NCBI RefSeq assembly: GCF_009914755.1 | Contig: NC_060925.1 | From: the human T2T-CHM13v2.0 reference genome, Homo sapiens | Length of the DNA stretch: 64,000 nt | Strand: one strand, 5' to 3' | Part shown: positions 12,633 through 25,414 of the stretch, piece by piece | How the letters are laid out: each line of letters begins with the position of its first letter | Position numbering within the stretch: the stretch's first letter is position 1 | Notes under the pieces: generated by a model | Told to the model about the DNA's origin: nothing | Database searches by the model: none | The model's input: the letters and a program-made list of their open reading frames with translations, nothing else | Made by a program: the position numbers and the translations under genes

Positions 12633-14009
12633 GTCTCACTTGTCAATTTTTGTTTTTGTTGCAATTTCTTTTGGAGTCTTATTCATGAAGTCATTTCCAG
12701 ATTCCAGAATGGTTTTCCTAGGTTTTCTTCTAGGGTTTTTATAGTTTTAGGTTTTTACCTTTAAATCCTTAATCCACCTTCAGTTGATTTTTGTACATGG
12801 TAAATGGAAGGGATCCAGTTTGAATCTTCTGCATATGGCCAGCCAGTTATCCTGGCACCATTTATTCAACAGGGAAGCCTTTCCACATCGATTCTTATTG
12901 TCAACTTTGTCAAAGATCAGATGGTTGCAGATGTGTGGCTTTATTTTGGGCCCTCTATTCTGTTCCATTGGTCTATGTGTCTATTTTTGTACGAGTACCC
13001 TGCTGTTTTTGTTACTTTACACTTGTAGTATAGATTGAAGTTGGGTAGCGTGATACCTATGGCTTTGTTCTTTTGGCTTAGGACTGCTTTGACTATTCAG
13101 GATCTTTTTTGGTTCCATATGAGATTTATAATAGTCTTTTTCTAATTCTGTGAAAAATGAAGTTGGTAGTTTGATAGGAATAGCATTGAATCTGTAAATT
13201 GCTTTGGGCAGTGTGGCCATTTTAATGATATTGATTCTTCCTATCCATGACTATGGAATGTTTTTCCATTTATTTGTGTCACCACTTATTTCTTTCAGCA
13301 ACATTTTATAATTTTCATTGTCGAGATCATTCACCTCCCTGGTTAACTGTATTCCCAGGTATTTTATTCTTTTTATGGCCATCATGAATGGGACTGAACT
13401 CTTGATTTGGCTCTCAGCTTGGACATTATGGGTTTATAGAAAGGTTACTAATTTTTATACATTGATTTTGCATCCTGAAACTTTACGGAAGTTGTCTATC
13501 AGATCTAGGAGCCTTTGGGCAGAGACCATGGGGTTTTCTAGGTGTAGAATCATATCATCGGCAGAGAGATACAGTTTTACCTTTTTTCTATTTGGATAAC
13601 TTTTATTTCTTTCTCTTGCCTCATTGCTGTGGCTAGGACTTCCAGTACTATATTGAAAAGGAGTGGTAAAAGTGGCATCCTAACCCTGTTCTGGTTCTCA
13701 GGGAGAATGCTTCCAGATTTTCCCCATTCAGTATAACGTTGGCTGTGGGTTTGTCTTTAGATGACTTATTATTTTGAGACATGTTACTTTGATGTCTAGT
13801 TTTTTGATGGCTTTTGACAAGAAGGAATGTTGAATTTTATCAAAAGCCTTTTCTGCATCTATGGGGGGATCCTGTGTTTTTTGTTTTGTTTATCTCATGA
13901 ATCACATTATTGATTTGTGTATGTTAAACCAAATTGGTGTCTCAGGGATAAAGCCTACTTGATAGTGATGGATTAGCTTTTTGATGTGCTACTGGATTCA
14001 GTTTGCCAG

Positions 14010-16316
14010 TGTATTAGTCCATTTTCATGTTGCTGATAAAGACATATCCAAGACTGGGTAATTTATACAGGCAAAAGGGTTTATTGGACTTACTGTTCCA
14101 TGTGGCTGGGGAGGCCTCACAATCATGGCAGAAGGCAAGGAGGAGGAAGTCATGTCTTATGTGGATGGCAGCAGGCAAAGAGAGAGCTTGTTCAGGGAGA
14201 CTCCTGTTTTTAAAACCATCAGATCTCATGAGATCCATTCACTATCATGAGAACAGCATGGGAAAGACCTGCTTCATGATTCCATCATCTCCCACCAGGT
14301 CCCTCCCACAACACCTGGGAATTATGGGAGCTACAAGATGAGATTTGGGTGGGGACACAGAGCCAAATCATATTATTCCACCCCAGCACCTCCCAAATCT
14401 CATATCTTCACATTTCAAAACCAATCATGCCTTCCCAACAGTCCCCCAAAGTCTCAACTCATTTCTGCATTAACTCAAAAGTCCACAGTCCAAAGTCTCA
14501 TCTGAGACACGGCAATTCCCTTCTGCCTGTAAAATCATAAGCAAGTTAGTTACTTCCTAGATACAATGGAGGAACAGGAATTGGGTAAATACAGCCATTC
14601 CAAATGGGAGAAATTGGCCAAAACGAAGGGGCTACGGGCCCCATGCAAGTCCGAAATCCAGCAGGGCAGTCAAATTTTAAAGCTCCAAAATGATGTCCTT
14701 TGACTCCATGTCTCACATCTAGGTCACACTGATGCAAAAGGTGGGCTCCCATGGCCTTGGGCAGCTCTGCCCCTGGGGCTTTGCAGGGTATAGACCCCCT
14801 CCTGGCTGCTTTCATGGGCTGACATTGAGTGTCTATGACTTTTCCAGGTGCATGGTGCAAGCTGTCAATGGATCTAACATTCTGGGGTCTGGAGGACAGT
14901 GGCCCTCTTCTCACAGCTCCACTAGATGGTACCCCAGTAGGGACTCTATGGGGGTGCTCTGACCCCACATTTCCCTTCTGCACTGCCCTAGCAGAGGTTC
15001 TCCATGAGGACCCCACCCCTACAGCAAACTTCTGCTTGGTCATCCAGGTGTTTCCATATATCCTCTGAAATCTAGGCAGAGGTTCCCAAACCTCAACTCT
15101 TGACTTCTGTGAACCCACAGGCCCAACACCATGTGGAAGCTGCCAAGGCTTGGGGCTTCCACCCTCTGAAGCAACAGCCTAAGCTGTACCTTGGCCCCTT
15201 TTAGTCACAGCTGGAGTAGCTGGAACACAGAGCACCAAGTCCCTAGACTGCACACAGCAGAGGGACCCTGGGCCCCATCCATGAAACCATTTTTTTCCTC
15301 CTAAATCTCCAGGCCTGTGATTGGAGCGGAAGCTGCAAAGGTCTCTGACATGCCCTAGAGACATTTTCCCTATTGTCTTGGTGATTAACATTCAGCTCCT
15401 TGTTACTTATGCAAATTTCTGCAGCCAGCTTGAATTTCTTGTCAAAAATGGGATTTTCTTTTCTATCTCATTGTCAGGCTGCAAATTTTCGAAACTTTTT
15501 TATGCTCTCTTTCCCTTTTAAAACTGAATGCTTTTAACAGCACTCAAGTAACCTCTTGAATGCTTTGCCACTTAGAAATTTCTTCCACCAAATACCCTAA
15601 ATCATCTTTCTCAAGTTCAAAGTTCCACAAATCTCTAGGGCAGGGGAAAAATGCCACCAGTCTTTGTGCCAAAACAACAAGAGTCACCTTTGCTTCAGTT
15701 CCCAACAAGTTCCTTATTTCCATCTGAGACCTCCTCAACCTGGGCTTTATTGTCCATATCACTATCAGCATTTTGGGCAAAGCCATTCAACAAGTCTCTA
15801 GAAAGTTCCAAACTTTCCCACCTTTCCACATTTCCTGTCTTCTGAGCCCTTCAAATTGTTCCAACCCCTGCCTGTTACCCAGTTCCAAAGTTGCTTCCAC
15901 ATTTTTGGGTATCTTTTCAGCAGCACCCCACTCTACTGGTACCAATTTATTGCATTAGTCAGTTTTCACGCTGCTGATAAAGACATATGTGAGACTTGGC
16001 AATTTACAAAAGAAAAAGGTTTATTAGACTTACACTTCCACGTGGCTGGGGAGACCTCCTAATTATGGCAGAAAAGCAAGAGAAGCAAGTCACATCTTAT
16101 GTGGATGCCAGCAGGCATAGAGAGAGCTTGTGCAGAGAAATTCCCATTTTTAAAACCACCAGATCTTGTGAGACCCATTCACTACCATGAGAACAGCATG
16201 GGAAAGACCTGCTGACATGACTCAATCATCTCCCACTGGGTCCCTCCCATAACACATGGGAATTATGGGAGCTACAAGATGAGATTTGGGTGGGGACACA
16301 GAGCCAAACCATATCA
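14010..16316 (-). mobile_element. Full-length THE1A MaLR provirus (LTRs 14010-14375 and 15951-16316, internal 14376-15950)
   Basis: Two 366-bp LTRs with the THE1A-type gctacaagatgagatttgggtggggacacagagccaaa; TSD GCCAG/GCTAG. Confidence 0.93.
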
Positions 16317-18431
16317 GCTAGTATTTTATTGAGGAGTTTTGCATCTATGTTCATTAAGGATATTGGCCTGAAGTTTCCTTTTCTTGTGTTTCTGCCAGGC
16401 TTGGTATCAGGATGATGGTGTCCTCATAGAATGAGTTAGGGAGCAGTCCCTATTTCTCAATTTTTAGAATTTGTTTCAAGAGGTACGACCTTTTCTTTAT
16501 ATGTCTGGTAGAATTTGGTTGTGAATTCTCTTGTCCAGAACTTTTTCTGGTTGGTGGGTTTTTTGTTACTGATTCAATTTCAGAACTTGTTATTGGTCTG
16601 CTCATGGTTTCAATTTCAGAACTCCTTATTGGACTGTGCTTCCTGGTTCAATCCTGGGAGGTCATATGTTTCCAGGAATTTATCCATTTCTTCTAGGTTT
16701 TCTAGTTTGTGTGCATAGAGGTGCTCATAGTAGTCTATGAGGGATGTTTGTATTCCTGTGGAGTCAGTGATAATATCTCCTTTCTCATTTCTGATTGTGT
16801 TTATTTGGATCGTCTCTGTTTCTTTATTAGTCTAGCCAGTGGTCTTTTAATTTTAGTTATACTTTCAAATAATCAACTTTTGGTTTCATTGAACTTTTGT
16901 ATGGTTTTTCATGTCTCAATTTTATTCAGTTCAGTTCTGATTTTCATCTTTTTTTTCTTACGCTAGCTTTGGGATTGGTTTGTTCTTGCTTCTCTAGTTC
17001 CTCTAGTTGTGATGTTAGGTTATTAATTTGAGATCTTTCTCACTTTTTGATGTAGGTGTTTAGCACTGGAAACTTTCCCCCTAACACTGCTTCAGCTGTG
17101 TTCCAGAGATTCTGGTATGTTGTATCTTTATTTTCATTAGTTTCAAAGAAGTTCTTGATTTCTGCCTTAATTTCACTGTTTATCTAAAAGTCACCCAGGA
17201 GTAGATTGTTTGATTTCCATGTAATCATATTGTTTTAGAGATCTTCTTAGTATTTATTTCTGTTTTTATTGTGCTGTGGTCTGGGAATGTGGTTGGTATG
17301 ATTTTGGTTTTTATAATTTGTCGAGCATCACTTTGTTACCCAGCACAAGGTTGATTTTAGAATATGTTTCATGCGCAGATAAGAAGAATGTATATTGTGT
17401 TGCTGGGTGAAGTGTTCTGCAGGTGTCTGTCAGGTCCACTTGGTAAAGTATCAAGTTTATCTCCTGAGTATCTTTGATAATCCTCTGCCTCAATGCTCTA
17501 ATACTGTCAGTGGGGTGTTCAAGTGTCCCATGATTACTGTGCATTGGCTAAGTCTCTTCATAAGTCTCTAAGAACGTTTTATGAATCTGGGTGTCTCCAG
17601 TGTTGGGTTCATATATATTATATTTAGGATAGTTAGGTCCTTCAATTCTTGTTGAATTGAACCCTTTATCATTATGTAAGGTCCTTCTTTGTTCTTTTTG
17701 ATTGTTATTGGTTTAAAGTCTGTTTTGTCTGAAATAAGAATAGCAATCCCCGATCTTTTTTGTTTTCCATTTGCTTGATAGAATTTTCCCTATCCCTTTA
17801 CTTTGAGCCTGTGGGTGTCACTGCATGTCAGATGGGTCTCCCAAAGACATCATTCAGTTGGGTCTTGCTTTATCCAACTTGCCACTCTTTGCCTTTTAAG
17901 TGTGATGTTTAGACAATTTACATTCAAGGTCAATATTGATATGTGCAAATTTAATCCTGTCATCGTGTTGTTAGCTGGTTGTTATGTAGACTTGATCATG
18001 TAGTTGTTTTATAATGCCAATGGTTGATGGACTCAAGTGTGTTCTTGTGGTGGATGGTACCGTTCTTTCATTTCCATGTTTAGCACTCTCTTAAGAACCT
18101 CTTGTAAGGCAAGTTTGGCGGTAATAAATTCTCTTAGCATTTGCTTGTCTGCAAATGCTTTTATTTCTCCTTCATTTATGAAGCTTAGTTTGGCTATCTA
18201 CCACTAGTCTCCTAACAGTGCTCAACATCTACCAAGCTGAAATGAAAATCAGAGAGTAAATATTTCATTGTTGTTATGATTCCTGGGGTAGGACTTAACA
18301 ATCTGTACTTACTTTGAAATACAGTTAATAATTTGGTTGCATCCCAAGTTTTAAGAAGAACTAAAGTTCAGAGAAAACTGTGAGTCTTGTTCCACTGAAG
18401 TCCAGTACAAACTCTGGGTCTTGTTCTACTC

Positions 18432-18629
18432 CATGCATGAGAAAACATTTTTTGTAAAAGGCCAGATGATAAACCTTTTAGGCTTTGTGGGCCATACAGT
18501 CTCTGTCGCAACTACTCATGTCTGCCTTTGAATAGCAACTTAAAAAAAAAAAAAAAAGAGAGAGGCTTGGCCAGACTTTGCCCCCAGTGGGCTGGATTTG
18601 ACTTACAGTCTGTAATTTGCAGATTCATG
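18432..18629 (+). mobile_element. MER58A hAT-Charlie MITE with central deletion and A-run
   Basis: tgtaaaaggccagatgataaaccttttaggctttgtgggccatacagtctctgtcgcaactactca; 8-bp TSD TTCTACTC/CTCTACTC. Confidence 0.88.
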
Positions 18630-18825
18630 CTCTACTCTGTGAGAGCCAAAGTTTCCATGGAGTATGGAGTATTGTGTTCATTACTACCGTTGCTTTAAAA
18701 AGAGAATTCCCGAATATGCTCTGATGTTTGAAGGTTTAAACATATACTTCTTATTAAATTTAAGTTAAAAGCTTTAAGAAATACAGATAATTATACATAT
18801 TAGTCACACCAGAAGTGAAATTTGA

Positions 18826-19023
18826 CAAACGTCTCCAAAATGGGAAGCTCATATCCCAGAAAGATGTTCTATTGAGGTATAAGAGGGAATATTAGAACTT
18901 TTATTTGTATTTATTTTTTATCACATTTGTTTTAAATTTTATTTACAAATACTTTATTATGTACTTAAATTATCATTACTATAGTAAATACAAATATTTA
19001 CACATTAAGTAAATTATTCAATT
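18826..19023. mobile_element. AT-rich hAT-Charlie-type MITE, left part; right part at ~23613-23850
   Basis: gtctccaaaatggg...aatattagaacttttatttgtatttatttttta; resumes after the L1MB with gcatgct...gattgatggcatataagctcaagatagcttg. Confidence 0.45.
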
Positions 19024-22000
19024 TATCGGAATGCAAGTTTGGCAAAGTAAGAACCTTTAAAACTCCACCCCTCCATAAAATCAATAAGAATACTGATAAA
19101 TAATTGTTAAAATCATCTTTTTAAGTGCTCTGGAAATTAACTAAAGGTTTGCAATACAAGGAAAGTTTATTCAAGGAAATTGGTTGAGTCTTGGTAAGAA
19201 TATTCAGCTTTTTGACAATTTAACTTGCCCAATTCCTATTTCCTTTCTCTGAGCTCTGTAAGAGGCTTGAAAGTCAGCAGGTTTGCAATGATAGTACCTG
19301 TGAAACACAGCAGTCTAGCAGCCACTGGAGGGAGTAGAGTGAATTTGGAGCTCCCCCAAAATCTTCATCCCCAGAGAATTGTTATTATTTGAACTGTCTT
19401 GGAGCTACTGAAAAAAATCCCATTCTCAAGGTTTGTCTTTTTATTTGAACTGACTTGGAGCACACTGAGTGAAAAAATTTTGTGTTCAGGGCACTTGTTA
19501 AAAAAAAAAATCAGAGGCAACTGCTACACATCATAGCTACCTAAGGTCACCACACCAGTTGGGATAATCAAGAGGCCAAAAAACAAAAAGGAAGTAAGGA
19601 AAATGAGACCTCCATAAGGAGTTTTGAAAAGCTCTAACATGTTCCTGGGAATCTAGAAGTACATGTGCAGGGCTGGAATATGCCAAGGAAAGACTTGAGA
19701 AGATCGCTTATCCATGGCTGAACTAAGGCTCTTTGCAAGCAAGAAATGAGAGATAAAGCATAGCTGTAAACTGCTAGAGCATTGAAAGCATACCCCAACC
19801 CACACCGCTAGGCCTCTCTGCAAAGGGTGAGAGACATATTGGTTCAAGGCATTTCAGGAAATTTCTGTGCAATCATTATCCGACTACCAAAATAACTGAG
19901 TGGTGACAAGACTTCAGTGGCTGCACACAACAAAGAACACAGACTTTACAGAATTCATCCAGGAAAGTCACTAAACAAAGAAACAGACACACAGCAAAAG
20001 AAACAACAATAAACTCTGGGAAAGGGGCAGAGACCTAATTCCCAGAGTTGACATGCTATTTAATTTAAAATATACAGGTTTCAATAAACATTACAAGACA
20101 CATGAAAAAATAGAAAAGCATGTCCAATACATAGGAAAGAAAACAATCAATAGAAACTGGGGCTTGAAAAAACCCTACAGATATTAGACTTACAAGACAA
20201 AGATTTTAAGTCAAATACCATTCAAAGAACAAAATAAAATTAAACTAAAAGGTAGTATCTGCTTGCCAAGGCGGGCAGATCAATTGAGTCCAGGAGTTCA
20301 AGACCAATCTGGTCAACACAGCAAGACCCCGTCTCCTCTAAAAATACAAAAGTTAGCCGGGCATGGTGGCGCACGCCTGTAATCCCAGCTATTAAGCAGC
20401 CTGAGGCACAAGAATCACTTGAACCCCGGAGGCAGAGGTTGCAGTGAGCCAAGATCGAACCACTGCACTCCAGCGAGATTCTGTCTCAAAAACAAAAAAA
20501 AAGAAAAGAAAAAGAAAGAAAGAAAAAGAAAAGGAAAAAATTTTTTAGATGAATGCATGAAAATGGAAACAAAAACATGTAATAAAACTGATAGGATGTA
20601 GCTAAGTCAGTGCTCAGAGGGAAATTTATAGCTATAATAACTGCCTACATTAAAAAATAAGAAAGACCTGAAAGCCATAACCTAAACTTTCACCTTAAAA
20701 AAATAAAAAGAAGTACAAACTAAACTCAAAGCAAGCAGCAGAAGAAAATGATAAAGACTAGAACTAAAATAAATGAAACAGAAAATTGGAAAACAATATA
20801 GAAAATCAATGAAATCAAAAGCTGATCTTTGAAAAAATCAAAAATGTTGACAAATCTGTAATTAGGTTGAGCAGGAAAAGAAAGAAGAAAGACTCAAATT
20901 ACCAAAATCAGTTATAAATGAAGGAACATTACTACTGACCTTACAGAAATAAAGAGCATTATAAGGGAATATTATACACAATTATATGCCAACAAATTAG
21001 ATACTGTAGATGAAATGGCAAAATTCCTACAAAGATGGAATTTACTAAATCTGACTCAAAAAGAAATAGAAAATCTGAATAGAGCTATTATAACAAGGAA
21101 AGAGATAAAATTAATAATTTTTAAGCTTGTCATAACAAAAGACAAAAGCATAGATGGCTACGTTAATCAATCCTACTGAACTTTTAAAGAAGACTTAATA
21201 GCAAATCCCCATGAATGCTTCCATAAAAAGGATATTTTTAGCTCATTTTTGAAGTTAGTTTTACTTTGATCTCTAAATCAGATAAAAACATTATAAGAAA
21301 ACCACAAACTAATTTCCCTTAAGTATACAAATACAAAAATTCTCAATAAAATTCTGACAATGTATAAATGCTAGCAATATATAACAATATATAAAAATGA
21401 TTAATTGCTATAACCAATTTGAATTATTCCAGAAATAAAAGATTGACTTAACATCCCAAATCAATTAACAAAATGCATCATATCAATATAGAATAAACCA
21501 CATGATCATCTAAATAGACATGGAAAAGATTTTGACAAATTCCAGTATTTTTTCATGATGAAAATATTAAACAAACTAGAATTGGAAAAAAGCTTGCTCA
21601 ACTTGGTAAAGAACATCTATAAAAAACACAGCGTTGACAGTTATCTGAGTTAGATTGCACAAAGAATACCACCAAATCATCTTGTATACAGAAAATCCTG
21701 AGGAATTCAGGAAAAAAAAAATCAGAATTAATCAGTGTCTCAGCACAGTTTTAGACTAAAAGATCAATCTGCAAAAATCAATTGTGTTTCTATGCACCAG
21801 CAATGAACAATCTGAAAATAAAATCAAGAAAACAATCCATTTATAATACCATCAAAAAGAATAAAATACTTAAAAGAACAAAAGAAGTGCAAAACTTGTA
21901 GGCAAAACTATAAATAATGTTGAAAGAAATTAAAGAAGATGGAAATACACAGAAAACCATCTTATGATCATGAATTGGAAGACAATAATATTAATATAGC

Positions 22001-23612
22001 CATATTCCCTAAATTAATCTATAAATTCAATGCAACTATTATTAAAATTCCTACTGCTTCATTTTTTGCAACAATTAACAAGCTTACCCTGAAATTTACT
22101 TGGACATGCAAGGGACCCAGAATAACTTAAATGATATTGAAATAAAGAACAAGGTTGGAGGACTTACACTTCTCAGTTTCAAAACTTACCAGAAATCTAT
22201 AGTAATCAAGACAGCGTGGTATTGGCCTAAGTAGACACAGATAAAACAACAGAATAGAACTGGAAGTTCAGAAGTAAACTCTTATATTTATGGTAAATTG
22301 ATTTTTCACAAGGGTTTCAAGTCAATTCAATGGGGGAAAAGAAATCTTTTCAAGAATTGGCACTGAGACTACTGGATATTTTCATGTAAAATAAAATGGA
22401 AATGAACCCCTATCTCACATTCCATTCAGAAATTAATTCGAAATGGATCATAGTCTACAATATAAGAGCTAAAACTATAAAACTCTTAGAAGAAAACAAT
22501 AATGATAATTATTCATTGACCTTGGATTAGGTAATGGCTTCTTAAATATGACACCAAAAGTACAACTATGAAAAGAAAAAAAAATAGATAAATTGGACAT
22601 CATTAAAATGTAAAAACTTGCATTTTCAAAAGACACCATTAATAAAGTGAAAAGACAGCCCATGGAATGGGGGAAAATATTTGCAAATCATTTATCTCCT
22701 AAGAACTTCTGTTCAAGACATACAAAGCACTCTTATAACTCAACAATAAAAATAAAAAATACTCCAATTTTTTAAAATGGGCAAAAGATTAGAATAGACA
22801 TTTCTCCAAAGAAAATACATTAATGGTCAACAAGCACATAAAAAGATGGTTAACATTTCTAGTCAACAGAGAAATATAAGTTAAAACCACAATGTGACAC
22901 ACTTCACACTCACTATAGTGGATAACAAAAATAAAAAAGACAAATAATAAGAAGTGTTGCCAAAAATGTGAAGAAACTGAAGCCGTAATACATTGTTAAG
23001 AATGTAAAATACTGAAGCCTCTTTGGAATGTTTGACAGTTCCTACAAAAGTTAAGCAAAGATTTAACATATGACCTAGTCATCCCCCCACATAATTATAT
23101 TCCAAGAGAAATGAAAATATATGTACATATAAATATTTGTACTGGGATGTTCATAGTATTCATAATAGCAAAACACTGGAAACAACCCAAATGTTCATCC
23201 ACTGTTGTATAGGTAAAATGTGGCATATCTGTACAATGGAACGTTATCTGCCAATAAAAGTGAATGAATTACTAATACATGCACAACATAGATGAACATT
23301 GAAAACATTACGTTAAGGGAAAGAAGCCAGTCAAAAAAGCATATATTCTATGATTCCATTTCTATGACGTATTCAGGATAGGAAAATCCATATAGTCAGA
23401 AAGCAGTTTAGTGATTTCTAGCGGCTGCAAGGAGGGTGAATGGGGAATGACTGCTAATAGTCACAGAGTTTCTGTGTAGGGTGATGAAAATGTACTAAAA
23501 CTAGATAATGGTGATTACTGTGTAACTGTGAATATAGTAAAAAACATGAATTGTATTCTTTAAAAGGATGAATGTTATGGTATGTAGATTTTATCTAAAT
23601 AAAACTGTCTAA
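19024..23612 (+). mobile_element. L1MB7/8-like LINE-1 with 5'UTR and 3'UTR but large internal deletions
   Basis: Old L1M 5'UTR 19024-20250; ORF2 peptide IFPKLIYKFNATIIKIP (21939-22130); L1MB-type 3'UTR to aataaaactgtct; candidate TSD AAATTATTCAATT (19011-19023) / AAATTATTGAATT (23613-23625). Confidence 0.85.
20265..20540 (+). mobile_element. 5'-truncated Alu (J-like left arm, S-like right arm)
   Basis: gccaaggcgggcagatc...tctaaaaatacaaaagttagccggg...A-rich tail; lacks about 45 nt at the 5' end. Confidence 0.93.
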
Positions 23613-23636
23613 AAATTATTGAATTGCATGCTATCA

Positions 23637-23802
23637 TTTTATTTTTTAAGAGATAGGGGTCTCACTACGTGGCCCAGGCTAGAGTACAGTGGCTATTCAC
23701 AGGCATGATCATAGCACACTGTACAAGCCTCAAATTCCTGACTCAAGCAATTCTCCTGCCTCAGCCTCCCAAGCAGTTGGGACTTTAAGGACATGCTCAG
23801 CT
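23637..23802 (-). mobile_element. FAM (fossil Alu monomer)
   Basis: Retains the 7SL-derived segment gtggctattcacaggcatgatcatagcacact, which dimeric Alus lack. Confidence 0.85.
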
Positions 23803-24771
23803 CATCATATTTTAAGATTGATGGCATATAAGCTCAAGATAGCTTGAAGTGAGTTCTGGTTCCTAAAAGGCTGATCAAGCTCCTACTAGTCTGACATTCT
23901 TAAATACATCAACTACAACTCTAGATAATTACAAAAACAAACAACTTCAAAAAACGTGAACAAAACAAGACAGATGGTGGAGTGGACCATAAACTTGGAA
24001 AACGCGTCTTACATGCATTGAATTTTCTGTTTTAGGAATTTTAGCCTGAGGAAAAGCTGAAGTTGAATAAAGGAAACTCACACTTTCTCTGCTCTGAAGA
24101 TCCAGAGGATTAAGTTCAGGAAAACCATAGCTGTTGAAGAGTAAGGGAGAAATATTAGAAATGAGAGATACTTCAAGCTGGAGAGGTACCAAGTTCTGTG
24201 ATAGACTCAGCTTAAATTTCCTGCTGAGTCCTGAACCACATGTACCTGAGACAAACACAAAGCAGCACACATAAGGGTTAAAACAAATAAACAAACAAAA
24301 CTAAAAAGAAAAGGAACTCTTAACTGGTATTTGAGCTGCTGCCCAAGGAACAGCATTTGTAATTTCAGTACAATCAGTTTAATTGCCTGTTACAATGAAA
24401 ATATCAGTACTCGGTTAGGGCTTCAAGTTGGTTGACTAGAAGCAGCTATCGTGTGCCGCTCTGACACAGAAAAGAAAAAGAGAGGCGTAAATACTAGATT
24501 TTCAACTTAAATATGCAGATGGACACCTTGGGATTAATCAAGGAATCAGCTCTACCGGTGGAGAATGGAGAGGAGCGAGACTGGACAACTGCCCATGGGG
24601 AGTGGCACAGAACCAGGGGAGGCTCCACCACAGCAGGGAATCAGTGAGTGAGTGAGCATCCCTGGCGACTCCTATTTCTGACACAGACCTTTGCAACCCT
24701 GGGCTCAAGAGATCCCCTCATGAACTCATCCCACCAGGGCCTTCAGACTGATATGAAGACCTATGTGGTGC

Positions 24772-25163
24772 TTATGCAGGATTTTTTGCTCCTTAGTTCA
24801 GCTAAATCCGGGTTCTTGTCTCAAGGACACATTGAAGAGTGAGGAGAGCGGAATTTATTAAGCAAAAGGAAAGCTCTCAACAAAGAGAGGGGTCCTGCAC
24901 CCAAGCTTCCATCTCACAGAATTGAATGTCAGGCCACTACACGGGAGTTGAGGAGGCCAGGCTCCTCCCTGGCCAAAGGCGCGAATTCCTGGTGGCTCCA
25001 CCCCATTCCCGGCAGTGCTCGAGGGGCATGCCCAGACAAGCTGCCTGTGCGGGTTCCCCATCTGCACAAAGCATCTGGTGTAAAGACTTGTAGGGTGGGT
25101 TGGAGATTCTACAGGGACCTTTCCCTATCTGCCTAGGCATTTGGCTGTCTTCTGCCTATATCA
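24772..25163 (-). mobile_element. ERV1 solo LTR, MER48-like (MER4 group)
   Basis: 392 bp bounded by a perfect 4-bp TSD GTGC (24768-24771, 25164-25167); ends ccctatctgcctaggcatttggctgtcttctgcctatatca. Confidence 0.75.
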
Positions 25164-25414
25164 GTGCCTGGGCAGAGCTGCCACTAAGGCACATGTGGAG
25201 TCCCCAGAGCATTGGATCCCTGGGCATCCCAGCCTTAGCAGCTCCAGCTCCAGCAATGGGGTAAGTCGGGCTCCCTTGCATGCCCCCACGAAAAGGGCAA
25301 ATCCAGGGGGCTGAGCAGTGATGGACTGCAGGCCTTTGCCTCCACTGAACCTCACAAAATAAAGCTCACTGGCCTAGGACGACAGGCACCCCCAGCTGGG
25401 GCTCTCAGGCCCAT

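Larger units (their letters stand above)
9163..18195 (-). mobile_element. L1PA15/16-like LINE-1, 5'-truncated in late ORF1, ORF2 degenerate; split by MSTA and THE1A insertions
   Basis: Decayed tail (ttgt)n at ~9163; 3'UTR tacagattatttcatcagccaggtaataagcatagtac; ORF2 peptides [16 protein letters not shown] (13017-13220) and [23 protein letters not shown] (12780-12968); ends at aagcttagtttggct. Confidence 0.92.

Noticed and set aside
14546-15118. 190-aa ORF (longest in the window) and the related LEExxLxYLVEEISK-type ORFs at 11604-11888 and 15544-15786
   Set aside because: These lie in THE1A/MSTA internal regions and are fragmented MaLR ORF relics, not host genes.
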